Sequence record: OR234014.1
Source: Staphylococcus phage SAC
Direction: 5' to 3' (one strand)
DNA: 64,000 nt
The notes beneath the pieces were generated by a model that worked only from the letters and a program-made list of their open reading frames with translations, was not told the origin of the DNA and searched no databases. A program made the translations under genes and the position numbers. Shown piece by piece: positions 9,253-19,567 of this stretch; the first letter of the stretch is position 1, and each line of letters begins with the position of its first letter.

Positions 9253-9608
9253 TATTCTTCATCCTTTTCTTTTGATTCTTCAATTGCTTCCTCAATATAT
9301 TTTAATACGTCATCGTTAACTAACTCAGCTTTGTATAAAGCATCAATTAGAATGTTTAAGTTTAACTCTGTATTTTGCTCTAGGTCAACCATTTGTTTAT
9401 TAACACCTAACAATAAGTTAGTAATAGCTTTCATAACATCTGTTAAAGTTGCTGTTTGTTCTTTACCTAACTCTTCTAATTGGTGCATACGCTGTTCATT
9501 ACCTACACGTAATGCTGTAACATACTCATCTACAAAATGTAGAATATCTTTCTCTTCCAAAATAACACTTCCTTTATTTTTATATATGTATTGTAACATA
9601 CTATACAT
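9252..9608 (-). CDS. hypothetical protein
   Basis: 118-aa acidic ORF in the replication module. Confidence 0.4.
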   Translation of the reverse strand: MYSMLQYIYKNKGSVILEEKDILHFVDEYVTALRVGNEQRMHQLEELGKEQTATLTDVMKAITNLLLGVNKQMVDLEQNTELNLNILIDALYKAELVNDDVLKYIEEAIEESKEKDEE

Positions 9609-9620
9609 TATAATGCAAGA

Positions 9621-10697
9621 TTAAAGTTTTAACTTTTGTTGTAACTTGTAACTTTGAATACTTTCAGGTGTAACTAAAAATCTATTGTGTTTCAAAGTAC
9701 TAAAAGCTTTTTCCATACCCATATCATTAGCATCTTCATTACCATGTGGTACTAAATACACTACATTGAAATGTGAGATAAGCTTATTAGCTAAATTAAT
9801 ACTAAAGTCTGTAGCGTCTGTGTCTAACATAATATATATAGGTGTTTCTTTAGGAATACTTGAAATGAGGTTATTAACTTGTATCTTTGAAACTTGTTTA
9901 CCAAACGTAGCTATACCGTACTTATCAAATGTAAGGGCGTCAAAAACACCCTCAGTTATAACAACAAACTTTTGTTTACTAGCTATATTTAAATTAAATA
10001 TAACATCGCTTTTACCATACTCATTAGGTTTAGAAGGTGCATTTATAGATTTAATATATGGATTTGTTTCAATACTTCTTGTATTCCAGTATATATACTT
10101 ACCTTCATTGTCATAAGTAAAAAATATAACACTATTTCTAAGTACTATTTTCTTTTTCTCATTATTAATACCATAAGAATAGCAATAACCATTTATAATA
10201 TACCCTATACTATAGTCTAGGATTTGCTGTAGTGTAATACCTCTATTCTTGAGATATCTTAAATACGGTACTACTTCTTTATTATTTAAGTTATCTTTAA
10301 TCAATTTAAACCCTATAGGTAGTTCAGGTGCTTTTGATTTTATACTACTATTATCTTTTGTATATCCATTAAGCCTTAGTAATAATTTCTCACTTTCAGT
10401 TAAATCTGTGTTATATATTTCTAATGTTGGTGAGAATTGTATATCAATATTCTTTGTTTCTAATAACTCAAAAGCTTGTCTACCTGTAATACTATAATAA
10501 GATTTCATAAAAGTAATAGGGTTACCATGTTCTCCACACTTCTTACAATGATACATACCATTAGTAGAGTCTAAAGACTGCTTAACATAAAACTTGTATT
10601 TCTGTTCCCCACAAAAAGGACAACAATATCGTAATTCTCCTACAGTATTCTCTTTGGGTGTTCCAATCTCTTGACTTAAAAAGTCTTCAAACCTCAT
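9621..10697 (-). CDS. DNA primase (zinc finger plus TOPRIM)
   Basis: CPFCGEQKYKF...YHCKKCGEHG zinc ribbon at the N-terminus, and TOPRIM-like acidic motifs (ITEGVFDAL ... MLDTDATD). Confidence 0.8.
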   Translation of the reverse strand: MRFEDFLSQEIGTPKENTVGELRYCCPFCGEQKYKFYVKQSLDSTNGMYHCKKCGEHGNPITFMKSYYSITGRQAFELLETKNIDIQFSPTLEIYNTDLTESEKLLLRLNGYTKDNSSIKSKAPELPIGFKLIKDNLNNKEVVPYLRYLKNRGITLQQILDYSIGYIINGYCYSYGINNEKKKIVLRNSVIFFTYDNEGKYIYWNTRSIETNPYIKSINAPSKPNEYGKSDVIFNLNIASKQKFVVITEGVFDALTFDKYGIATFGKQVSKIQVNNLISSIPKETPIYIMLDTDATDFSINLANKLISHFNVVYLVPHGNEDANDMGMEKAFSTLKHNRFLVTPESIQSYKLQQKLKL

Positions 10698-10710
10698 TTT
10701 CAGTCACTTC

Positions 10711-11304
10711 CTATATAGAAACAATTTTCTTCATTAATAGTAACATATTATAGATTTGACTTAAATCACTATAAGTATCATCTACCAGTGTTGTACTGTA
10801 CTTGAGTACTTCATTTAATTGATAATCCTCTGATTTCTTACTAAAGGTGTTAATCTCTTCAATTGTTTTATCTTTCAAGTACTCGTTTGTACTGATTGTT
10901 TTTAGTGTTTGGAAAATAACACCTAAGTCACTAAATCCTTGCTTTACATCTTTACTTGTGAAGGGTTCATCTATAGTAGGTAAACCGTACAACTTAGCTT
11001 TCTCAATAATTTTCTCATTATCTTCTTTTATTTTTTCGTTATACCATAATCCTAATTTACATTTAACAGTTTCACATTTATATAAGGTTTGGTGAGTTAA
11101 CCCATAAGACACAGGTAAGCTAGAGCGTAATCTCTTTAGTTCAATATATCCAAAGTCATTACTAGCTTTATACTCGTATGCATTACTTAAAGGATACCAG
11201 TCTACTAAAGTAGAAACAGGAATATTATCTATATGTAACTTTGCATTGTTTGTATAATTTACTGTTAAAGATGCAAACTGGTTATCTTTAATCTTTAGTT
11301 TCAT
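10711..11304 (-). CDS. hypothetical protein
   Basis: 197-aa ORF overlapping the sbcC-like gene start. Confidence 0.4.
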   Translation of the reverse strand: MKLKIKDNQFASLTVNYTNNAKLHIDNIPVSTLVDWYPLSNAYEYKASNDFGYIELKRLRSSLPVSYGLTHQTLYKCETVKCKLGLWYNEKIKEDNEKIIEKAKLYGLPTIDEPFTSKDVKQGFSDLGVIFQTLKTISTNEYLKDKTIEEINTFSKKSEDYQLNEVLKYSTTLVDDTYSDLSQIYNMLLLMKKIVSI

Positions 11305-13231
11305 TATTTAATTCCTTTCTTAGTGTAGCTACACCGTTTTCTTTTACTACCGTAATTGTATTCTCAAATAAAGGTGCTAGACTCTTATTATGAGTAATAA
11401 CAAAAATAGTACCTACTGTTTTTAGTCTATCTTTTAGTAGTTTAACTACGTTCTCACAACCAATAGTGTCTAGACCATCAAAGCATTCATCGTAAAGGGC
11501 TATATTTGTAGATATATCTTCTTTACTCATAATTAAGTCTTGGATAGCAAAACTAATAGCTAGGTCAATACGTTTTTGCTCTCCTGCTGAATTAGATTTG
11601 TAAGACTCTCCTCCATTGTTATTCTTAACAATAACATCGAACTTATCTTTAAGTTCTCCCTTAGCATTTTCTACTTGTGTTTGAAATTCAATTTCGATAT
11701 CCGAACCCGCTAATATTTGTAAATACTCATTAGCTTTATCATTTAAGAACGGTGTAATAAAGTCTAATATTACAGAACGTAATCCTTTATTACTAAATGC
11801 ATCTACAGCTTGTTTATATTTTGTTTTCTTACTCTCTAATTGTACTATATTTTCCTTATGTTTGTCAATAGTATTGTCAATATCTTTTAGTTCTTTATTG
11901 TGTAATTCTTCATTAGGTTCTTCTATATAAGAGTAATCATTTAATATTGGTTCTTTTAAATTAGCTTTAGTGTTTTCTAATTGGCTAATTTCATCATATA
12001 CTTCTTGCTGTTCTCTGTATTGCCGTTGAATATCATCATCATGTTTTTTCTTTTCTATATCTTCTTGCTGTATAAATTGTTGTAATTCTTTAGATTTAGC
12101 TAGTAGCTCTTCTTTCTTATTAATTATAGTCTGCTCATTATGTTCGTACTGAGATATTTTAGCTTGTTTTTCTTTAATTTGTAATTCTAAGTTTTCTTTT
12201 TCTTTTATTTTGTGTGTATTATCTATAGGAGAACCACAAACAGGACAATGGTCATTTGTATCTAGTTTATTAATAGATTGTTTTAATTGATTAATTATAT
12301 TTAGAGTTGTATTCTTATTTGTTGTTTCTTGACTCAATAATGGCAATAATTTATCATTAATATTTGTGTTAATCTTTTCAATACCTTGGTTAGCTTTTGT
12401 ATAATTTTCACTAAATACAAATTCAAAGTCTTCAACTTTAGGAATACTACCTTTACATACACCAATCTGATTGTCTAAATCTTTTAATTTATTCTCGTAC
12501 TCTTGTTTCTTTTGATTAAACTGTTCCTCTTCTTGCTTCTTACGCTCTAATAAGTTATTATATTTATTTACTTCATTATTATATTGTTCTTGTTTTAGGT
12601 TTCTTTTATATTCTAGTTTTTCTATTTCTTGTTGTTCTTTACTTTGTTTCTCCTCTACTTCTTTAACTTTTTCTTTAGCTACTTCTTGGGCTTGCTTATA
12701 AATATCAGTCTTAGTAATAGATTCTAGTATTTCTTTTTTACCTTTGTCGGTAGCTTGTGAAAACATAGGAATGTCTCCTTGACCATATATAATAGCATTT
12801 ACATATGTATTAAAAGGAATACCAAATAACTCTTGTATTTGAGTATCCGTAACATCATTTGTAGAGCCTGTTATCTCTTTGTTATTACAGAACAGCTTAA
12901 CCTTGTTCTTGTGTTCCTTGTGTTTACGATATCTTTCGATTAAATACTCGTCTTTACCTATGTTGAAAGAAAGCTTAACGTAGGTGTCTTTCTTCTTATA
13001 CTTATTAACAACATCATCTGCCTTTAAACCTTTCTCAGTCTTTCCGAACAGTGCATATGTGATAGAGGATATCATGCTTGTTTTACTTGTTCCATTACTT
13101 TCAAAACTATCATTTGTTTTATTAATACCTTCAATAAGTACAAGACCTTGCTTATCCAGATTTAGCTTGATATGCTCAATAGCTAAAAAGTTATTCATCT
13201 CTACATAATTAAACTTAACCATTTGTACCAC
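11288..13231 (-). CDS. sbcC: SbcC/Rad50-like ATPase
   Basis: Walker A (GTSKTSMISSITYALFGK), long coiled-coil with a CPVCG zinc hook, and C-terminal signature/Walker B (LALYDECFDGLD). Confidence 0.8.
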   Translation of the reverse strand: MVQMVKFNYVEMNNFLAIEHIKLNLDKQGLVLIEGINKTNDSFESNGTSKTSMISSITYALFGKTEKGLKADDVVNKYKKKDTYVKLSFNIGKDEYLIERYRKHKEHKNKVKLFCNNKEITGSTNDVTDTQIQELFGIPFNTYVNAIIYGQGDIPMFSQATDKGKKEILESITKTDIYKQAQEVAKEKVKEVEEKQSKEQQEIEKLEYKRNLKQEQYNNEVNKYNNLLERKKQEEEQFNQKKQEYENKLKDLDNQIGVCKGSIPKVEDFEFVFSENYTKANQGIEKINTNINDKLLPLLSQETTNKNTTLNIINQLKQSINKLDTNDHCPVCGSPIDNTHKIKEKENLELQIKEKQAKISQYEHNEQTIINKKEELLAKSKELQQFIQQEDIEKKKHDDDIQRQYREQQEVYDEISQLENTKANLKEPILNDYSYIEEPNEELHNKELKDIDNTIDKHKENIVQLESKKTKYKQAVDAFSNKGLRSVILDFITPFLNDKANEYLQILAGSDIEIEFQTQVENAKGELKDKFDVIVKNNNGGESYKSNSAGEQKRIDLAISFAIQDLIMSKEDISTNIALYDECFDGLDTIGCENVVKLLKDRLKTVGTIFVITHNKSLAPLFENTITVVKENGVATLRKELNNETKD

Positions 13232-13481
13232 CTTCTTTTAACAATTTAAAGAAACATTGATGTGAACCATAATCTAGAATATAACAATCTTCTTGTTCAA
13301 TAACCCTCGTATAATAATGAGCGTAGTTAGCTTCCTCTAGTACTTTGTTAATAAGGTACATCGCATCATCAATATTTTTAACATTACATACATCATATGT
13401 TCTTTTATTATGTAAGAACTGTAAAATAGGTTTAGATTTATCTATACTTGGTTTAATATTCTTTATAATAATATCTATCAT
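13215..13481 (-). CDS. hypothetical protein
   Basis: 88-aa ORF between sbcD and sbcC. Confidence 0.35.
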   Translation of the reverse strand: MIDIIIKNIKPSIDKSKPILQFLHNKRTYDVCNVKNIDDAMYLINKVLEEANYAHYYTRVIEQEDCYILDYGSHQCFFKLLKEGGTNG

Positions 13482-13482
13482 A

Positions 13483-14514
13483 CTACAACACCGCCTTTAA
13501 ACACTCTAGAAGCTCATCTTTTGCTTCTGGATAGTATTTGTCTGCATAACTAGAAGTAATCGTTATAGGGCTGTCAGACACGTCAGCGTCGACTCTCTTT
13601 TCTACCGTGTATTCTTTCTTCATTTGTACTTGTACATTAGATTCATCTTCTGTTTTATCTAATTCAATTACTTTAGCTTGTTCTGGAGTACCAATAAACC
13701 TAATAAAGTGACCTTGGTTTACTAAATCATTCATGTTATCTGGTACATTGTCACCTTGCACTGTAATAAACTTTCTAGTATCTAATGGAATGAACGTTGA
13801 TGTTAGCTTATCTGTATCTATTAAATGTACACCATTAGCTTCTTGTTCATCTGAAAAGGATTGTTGCATTAGAGAACCACCATACATATGATTAGGGTTA
13901 TTGTTTAAATATTGTCTTCTATGATAGTGACCAAGAAGAATAAAATCATATTTTTCTGGTAATAGGTCTTGGTAACCAAATGCACCTTCTAATCTGTGTG
14001 AGCCTTTACCTGTTAAACTATTCTCTACGCCTAAATGTGCTACTAATATATTTACTTTATCTTTTTGGTAAGATTTTTTAATATACTCCTTAATTTCTTC
14101 TGTTTCATCTCCATAAGCACACATAGTTAATTGTACTTTACTAGAAAGTGAGTCACTACGTAAATCTTTAGTTACTTCCACATTAGGTAATGTTTCAAAG
14201 ATATCAATACTAGATTCCGTATATAAAGAATTAGACACAGCATCATGATTTCCTCTAACCATATATACTTTAACATCTTGATTCTTAGCAAAGGTTTCAA
14301 ATACCTTATTATATACTCTAGTATCTACCGCATTTCTCTTATGGAATAAATCTCCTCCAAATATAACTTTAGCTTTATTTTCTCTAGCTAAATCAAATAC
14401 TTTTTGTAATGTCTCAATTTGTTCTTTAAATCTATCATTACCATATTCTTCATCAGGTTTACTATAATTCGTAAACATATGAAAATGGCTATCTGTAAAA
14501 AATATAAATTTCAT
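13483..14514 (-). CDS. sbcD: SbcD/Mre11-like nuclease
   Basis: Calcineurin-like phosphoesterase motifs DSHFH, GGDLFH, GNHD and GHYH. Confidence 0.8.
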   Translation of the reverse strand: MKFIFFTDSHFHMFTNYSKPDEEYGNDRFKEQIETLQKVFDLARENKAKVIFGGDLFHKRNAVDTRVYNKVFETFAKNQDVKVYMVRGNHDAVSNSLYTESSIDIFETLPNVEVTKDLRSDSLSSKVQLTMCAYGDETEEIKEYIKKSYQKDKVNILVAHLGVENSLTGKGSHRLEGAFGYQDLLPEKYDFILLGHYHRRQYLNNNPNHMYGGSLMQQSFSDEQEANGVHLIDTDKLTSTFIPLDTRKFITVQGDNVPDNMNDLVNQGHFIRFIGTPEQAKVIELDKTEDESNVQVQMKKEYTVEKRVDADVSDSPITITSSYADKYYPEAKDELLECLKAVL

Positions 14515-14536
14515 TAGTGTCCTCCTTTAGTACGTT

Positions 14537-14585
14537 ATGATAAAAGTATAACCCTTAACAAACATGTTGTCAAGGGTTTTGTTTT
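14537..14585 (-). promoter_or_regulatory. repeat A: hairpin-embedded consensus promoter (TTGACA-N17-TATACT)
   Basis: The minus-strand TTGACA (14568-14573 region) and spacer form a 10-bp imperfect stem (cccttaacaa / ttgtcaaggg). It sits between the MTase stop and the sbcD start. It is ~90% identical to the copy at 16237-16285, with a compensatory c-g to g-c change. Confidence 0.55.
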
Positions 14586-15273
14586 AATTTGTATTATTTA
14601 GTAATCTATCTTGTGCCATACTGAAGTATTCTTCTGATAATTCACAACCAATAAAATTCCTATTTAACTTTTTACATGCGACACCTGTTGTTCCGCTTCC
14701 CATGAAGCAGTCTAGAACAATGTCTCCTTCATTAGTTAAGCACTCTAACAACCATTCCATAGCATATAAAGGTTTCTGTGTTGGGTGTCCTTTGCCCTGC
14801 TTTTCACTTCTAGGTGTTACACTTGTTTTAATACAAGGTCTTTCATATTTTTCATCTAAACGGTTAAAAGTCCATTTAGCTCCTTTTTTAACAAAATAAA
14901 GAGCAAATTCAGTATCAAAAATAAATCGTCTATCCCTATTACGAGGCATAGGGATAGATTTTTTCAGACGAATAACATCTTTAAATTCACAGCCTAATTC
15001 TTCCATAGTATTAATGATGAGTGTGAATTGTCTCATGTCACAAAACACAACGATATTACCACCTTTTTTAACTTTTGGTATAGCTTTATTAATCCATAAA
15101 GTAGCTTCAAAATTTTTATCCCATTCCCCAAAATCAATACCAGCTCTACCCATAGTTGTGAACCTGTTCTCTTTTGCAATATTGTATGGTGGGTCTGTGA
15201 TAATAGCATCTACACTACTATCTTCAATTGTATCTAATAACTCTAAGCAATCCCCCTGTAATAATTTTATCAT
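14584..15273 (-). CDS. DNA methyltransferase, beta-class amino-MTase (N6-adenine or N4-cytosine)
   Basis: Motif IV DPPY (IITDPPYNI) precedes motif I FxGxG (LDCFMGSGTTGVAC), and the family-typical C-terminal tail is present. Confidence 0.8.
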   Translation of the reverse strand: MIKLLQGDCLELLDTIEDSSVDAIITDPPYNIAKENRFTTMGRAGIDFGEWDKNFEATLWINKAIPKVKKGGNIVVFCDMRQFTLIINTMEELGCEFKDVIRLKKSIPMPRNRDRRFIFDTEFALYFVKKGAKWTFNRLDEKYERPCIKTSVTPRSEKQGKGHPTQKPLYAMEWLLECLTNEGDIVLDCFMGSGTTGVACKKLNRNFIGCELSEEYFSMAQDRLLNNTN

Positions 15274-15521
15274 TATTTTACTCCCTCTTCACTAATTTCT
15301 ATAACATCATGATTAGCAAACTCCTGTAATTTAAACATATGATTGTCATTAATCTCATTTAGTAGCTTACTTGAATAAAAATGTATCAATTCACATACCT
15401 CATCTGTGTAAGGCTCTCCTCTTAATATATCTTCAAGGATATCCATTGCTTCTTCCGTATCTACCTTTACGTGTCTTAAAAATTCAGTCTTATCTTGTAG
15501 TTCCTGTATTGTCATTTTCAT
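15273..15521 (-). CDS. hypothetical small acidic protein
   Basis: 82-aa ORF overlapping both MTase reading frames at its ends. Confidence 0.3.
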   Translation of the reverse strand: MKMTIQELQDKTEFLRHVKVDTEEAMDILEDILRGEPYTDEVCELIHFYSSKLLNEINDNHMFKLQEFANHDVIEISEEGVK

Positions 15522-15972
15522 TGTTTAGTATCTCCTTATGTTTTTCTATTCTTTCACTGGCTAAATTATAGTATTCTTCGTCTAATTCAAAACCAATGTA
15601 ATTGCGGTTAGTACTCATACAAGCAATAGCAGTAGTGCCACTACCAATAAACCCATCTAAAACCACATCTCCTTTATTACTATGCTTCATAATACATTGT
15701 TTTATTAAATCTAATGGTTTTTCATTTTGGTGTAATTGTTTTTTACCACTTACCCTATCAAATTCCCATACATCAGTTAATCTTCTCCCATTAAAATGTT
15801 TTTTGCCCTTTACTACTAAAAATAAGATTTCGTATTTTCTACCAAAAGAACCTTTTAAATCTCCTGCTGTATGATTGTTTTTTACCCATATAATCATATT
15901 TTTTATTTTAAATTTCTTCTCTAATTGTTGTTTAAAAAAATCTACTTTCTCTGATGAGCAGAACATATACAT
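15490..15972 (-). pseudogene. N-terminally truncated second DNA methyltransferase (lacks the DPPY catalytic motif)
   Basis: Keeps the IIWxK region and motif I (LDGFIGSGTTAIAC). No DPPY-containing N-terminus exists upstream in any frame, as the frame is closed by stops within ~10 codons. Confidence 0.5.
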
Positions 15973-15976
15973 AGCG

Positions 15977-16213
15977 CTAGTGTTTAATTTTATTGTTTGT
16001 TAATTCTAACTCTATAATACTTCTTTTAGGCTTAATATTAAACAATTTACAACCATACTTATCTATTACGTAATTATCCAATGTATTAAATATATCGGTT
16101 GAGACATCCTCTAACTCCTTTTCAGAGTACTTTGTGTTTATAGTCTCTATAAATCCGTGCTTATTAATGACTTTAAAGTTTTTTAATTTTACTTTTGCTT
16201 CATTTAAGTTCAA
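15977..16213 (-). CDS. hypothetical protein
   Basis: 78-aa ORF with RBS AAAGAGGTGG, placed directly under the repeat-B promoter. Confidence 0.35.
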   Translation of the reverse strand: MNLNEAKVKLKNFKVINKHGFIETINTKYSEKELEDVSTDIFNTLDNYVIDKYGCKLFNIKPKRSIIELELTNNKIKH

Positions 16214-16236
16214 ATCTTACCACCTCTTTATTGTTT

Positions 16237-16285
16237 ATAATAAAAGTATAAGCCTTAACAAATACATTGTCAAGGCTTTTTCTCA
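16237..16285 (-). promoter_or_regulatory. repeat B: second copy of the hairpin-embedded TTGACA-N17-TATACT promoter
   Basis: Minus strand reads TTGACAatgtatttgttaaggctTATACT. The stem gccttaacaa / ttgtcaaggc shows the compensatory change relative to repeat A. Confidence 0.55.
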
Positions 16286-16540
16286 ATTTTTTAACTTATA
16301 TTCAATTGCTTTAATTACTTCTTGATGTGTATTGCAAGGTATAGCAGGTACTTTATTAGACATAACGTTGTACTTATATCCTGTTGTATTATTCCTTGCT
16401 ATAGAGTCTAGTAATGTAACACATACATTAGTTCCTTTTAATTGGAAGGTTCTTAATCCTGTATTTGTATAATCCCATTCTGCTTTATTACGTGTAAATG
16501 TTCTACGTACTTTTTTATAAAGCTTAGTAAAGTCATCCAT
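16283..16540 (-). CDS. hypothetical protein
   Basis: 85-aa ORF. Confidence 0.35.
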   Translation of the reverse strand: MDDFTKLYKKVRRTFTRNKAEWDYTNTGLRTFQLKGTNVCVTLLDSIARNNTTGYKYNVMSNKVPAIPCNTHQEVIKAIEYKLKN

Positions 16541-17988
16541 TAAAAACTCAGCCCTCCAAAAGAATTATTAATAGCTTCAGCTTTATTAGGTTTTTCTTTA
16601 AATCTACTTTTATCTTCACCATTAAGTTCCGCTAGTATTTGCTTATGTTCTTCTGCCTCTTCTGGTGTTTCATCTCTAACAACCATTTTAGTAGGCTCTA
16701 CTTTAAGATTAACAAATCTCTCACCTGTGTTTGAACTGTTTCTTACTTTGTCTAAGTACAATCTTAAAAAACCATTTTTAAATTCTTCATCTTTTTGGTT
16801 AACGGCAAAAGCAACCTCTACAGCATTGACAATCTTTCTACTTCCCTCAACATGTTCACTTGTAATAATTTCTGAACCATAAGCTGTTCTGTTTGTTTGT
16901 GCTAATGTCCAACAAACAAAATTGTATTCTTGTGATAATTTTCGAATATCTTCAAAGATACGACCACCAGCATCTGATTCACTTTGATACTTAAGGTAAG
17001 GGTTACGCATAAGTTTAGGATAATCAATAATAACAACATCTATATGCTTATCTTTCTTAATTGTTGTATTAATTATAATTTGTTCTAATTGGTTTGGTGT
17101 TACCTCACCAGGCATATGTTTAACGATATAAAAGTTACCTAGCAGTTGTCTATTCTTTTTATAATGTTCTTGTATCTTATTATAAGCATCTGTGTTTAAA
17201 GATAAGTCACCATTAAGTAATTGATTCTTTTGTACACCTACCATTTGTTGTTCCGCTCTTAATACCATTCTATCCATCTTTTCCTCTAGGGCAATATATA
17301 AAACATTTAAACCTTGTTTAACATAGTTCTTACCTAAATTACTTGCCATAAGAGACTTACCTCTACCTGTAGGTGCGATAACTAATCCTACTTCCCCTCT
17401 ACCTATACCACCTTCAATTTGCTGGTCTATAGAATGGAAACCTGTAGAGTACTTATTAATACTTAAGTTGCTTAATAGTTCTCTCTTTTTATCTACGTCT
17501 TCAAAGAAGTCAATAAATTCTCCGTCAGTACCATTAATGTCACTGACTTCTATTTGTTTTAGTTTCTCTACTAGTTCAGGTAAGTTATCTGAGTCCTCTT
17601 GCTTATTCTCAGCTATGAACTTAACTAATACTTCTTTAGACATTTCTGTTTTAATATACTTTTCTACTTCATAGTTTACAGAATCGTCTTTATTATTCAT
17701 GTCTACTGTATATAAGCTATCTAAATATTTTAATGTTTGTGTTACTTTTTCATCATCTTGTTTATCACTACCCATTAATTGCTCTACTTTAATAGCTAAA
17801 GATTCATTTGACATTTTATCAGCAATGTGTGCTGTTCTTTTTATAGCTGTGAATAAGTAACCCATGTTTTCCGATTCTGTAGCAAATAGACTTTTAGGTA
17901 ACTTATCTAGTACTTCTCTTGCAAAATGTATATCCTTCATAGACTTATGTAGGATAATCTCCTTAATTCGTTTACTCATATGTGTCAT
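16540..17988 (-). CDS. DnaB-like / RecA-fold replicative helicase-type ATPase
   Basis: Walker A in a DnaB C-terminal-domain context (GEVGLVIAPTGRGKSLMASNL), and Walker B (DVVIIDYP). Confidence 0.55.
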   Translation of the reverse strand: MTHMSKRIKEIILHKSMKDIHFAREVLDKLPKSLFATESENMGYLFTAIKRTAHIADKMSNESLAIKVEQLMGSDKQDDEKVTQTLKYLDSLYTVDMNNKDDSVNYEVEKYIKTEMSKEVLVKFIAENKQEDSDNLPELVEKLKQIEVSDINGTDGEFIDFFEDVDKKRELLSNLSINKYSTGFHSIDQQIEGGIGRGEVGLVIAPTGRGKSLMASNLGKNYVKQGLNVLYIALEEKMDRMVLRAEQQMVGVQKNQLLNGDLSLNTDAYNKIQEHYKKNRQLLGNFYIVKHMPGEVTPNQLEQIIINTTIKKDKHIDVVIIDYPKLMRNPYLKYQSESDAGGRIFEDIRKLSQEYNFVCWTLAQTNRTAYGSEIITSEHVEGSRKIVNAVEVAFAVNQKDEEFKNGFLRLYLDKVRNSSNTGERFVNLKVEPTKMVVRDETPEEAEEHKQILAELNGEDKSRFKEKPNKAEAINNSFGGLSF

Positions 17989-19558
17989 CCTTTACTATAT
18001 CAATAACCTTATTATAGTTCAACATACCTTCTTTTGTCAATGGTATTTTATCAATTAAATTATATTTTTCAATTATAGACTTAACTTCTTTTAAATTAAC
18101 CTCATAACCTAAGTAATTACTATACATTTGTAGAATATATGATGTTGAAGTAAATCTTCTCATATGTAGATAATTCATTGTTGTTTGTTCTATATTTACA
18201 ATATCTTGTTTACTTAAGTCTGTAGTGTTTACTAAACTTATACCTATTAAGTCTCTTCTATCTATACCACCATTTAATTCTGCGATATTTGCTTTATACT
18301 CTTTTTGCATTAAAAACATAGATAGTCTAGCATTGTTAGGTATTGTAGTAGGTGAATACTCATTTACAATACATTGTTTAATAAATTTATTTAATAAGTT
18401 TTTATGTTTACTAGGTAATTTTTCTATTAGATGTTCTATATATTTATTATATGATAAAAGTATAATATGTTTCATGCCATTAAATATACCATAAATAGTA
18501 TCTTCTATATCTAAAGCTGTTTTAAACATTGTATCAATATCATGTATCTCTTCATTTAAAGGTGTTGTATATAATTGATGTAATTGTGCTACAGCAGGAT
18601 TTAATAGGTAATCAGATGACTTAATTAAAGACTCTACTTCCCCAATTTGTCTATTTGTTTTATTTACACCTCGTTTAATACCTTTTACATAATTTTCATA
18701 ATTAGTTAGATATTTATCTGAACTAAAAAAGTTAGGTGCAGGTATAGGATAAGGTTGTGTTTTATTCTCAAACCCAAATGTGGTATTCTTAAAAACATTT
18801 TGCATATATTTAAAAACATTAATGTTCTTATCTTTTATCTTTAAGTAAAAGTTGTAGAATGTATTAAATGTCTTACTACCAAAGAAGTCTTTACAAATAC
18901 TATCTCGTGATAAATTCTGTAACATTTTCTTTCTGTAGTACTCAGATAAATGCTTATGTCTATCTACGTCTTCATTACCATTTGATAATGTTAAATGTTG
19001 TATATATTTAGCATTCATGTGTGCTATAGCATATTGGTCATATAACTTACATAAGATATAAGATTTATAAAAACCCTCGGGGTCATAAGACATATTAAAA
19101 ATATCTTTAGTAGGGTAAGGTAAACTACTATTATAAAAATTCATATCTGATATTATTTTCCTGTTTTTATCTTTACTAGCATTATATTGAACCATTTCTA
19201 GTTTTGTTCTACGTTTATTTTCTTTTCTTTCATATACGTAGCTAGGAAAAAATCTATTTCGTAATTCAGTAGCGTATTCTAGATTAGAAGTAATAACATT
19301 GTCATCTGTATCATTAAAATGTAAGAGACTATCTGTATCATAGTCTCTTACTAGTGATATAACAATACCACCTTTATTTCCTCTTTTAGAAACAACATTA
19401 ATTTTGTTATCCTGCTCTAATCTTTTAAGGTTTTTAGATAAAGTAGAGACTGAGACATCTAGCTCTTCTGCTAACTCTTTTTTAGTAGCTATTTGATAAG
19501 TATTATTTTTTGATTTTTTTTCAATGTAATCATATAATCTTCTTTCTGTCTTAGTCAC
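17972..19558 (-). CDS. HTH DNA-binding protein (replication or transcription factor candidate)
   Basis: 528 aa with an N-terminal helix-turn-helix (ATKKELAEELDVSVSTLSKNLKRLE). Confidence 0.4.
   Translation of the reverse strand: MTKTERRLYDYIEKKSKNNTYQIATKKELAEELDVSVSTLSKNLKRLEQDNKINVVSKRGNKGGIVISLVRDYDTDSLLHFNDTDDNVITSNLEYATELRNRFFPSYVYERKENKRRTKLEMVQYNASKDKNRKIISDMNFYNSSLPYPTKDIFNMSYDPEGFYKSYILCKLYDQYAIAHMNAKYIQHLTLSNGNEDVDRHKHLSEYYRKKMLQNLSRDSICKDFFGSKTFNTFYNFYLKIKDKNINVFKYMQNVFKNTTFGFENKTQPYPIPAPNFFSSDKYLTNYENYVKGIKRGVNKTNRQIGEVESLIKSSDYLLNPAVAQLHQLYTTPLNEEIHDIDTMFKTALDIEDTIYGIFNGMKHIILLSYNKYIEHLIEKLPSKHKNLLNKFIKQCIVNEYSPTTIPNNARLSMFLMQKEYKANIAELNGGIDRRDLIGISLVNTTDLSKQDIVNIEQTTMNYLHMRRFTSTSYILQMYSNYLGYEVNLKEVKSIIEKYNLIDKIPLTKEGMLNYNKVIDIVKDDTYE
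18011..18040 (-). promoter_or_regulatory. promoter TTGACA-N18-TATAAT inside the 3' end of the HTH gene, reading into the DnaB-like gene
   Basis: Minus strand reads TTGACAaaagaaggtatgttgaacTATAAT. Confidence 0.45.
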
Positions 19559-19567
19559 TACCCATAC

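Noticed and set aside
14537-16285. Considered whether the two 45-bp repeats flanking the MTase module are transposon ends or an attachment-site duplication.
   Set aside because: They are direct, not inverted. Each contains a complete promoter and hairpin positioned correctly for the downstream gene. No transposase or integrase lies between them. They are better explained as a reused promoter/terminator element.
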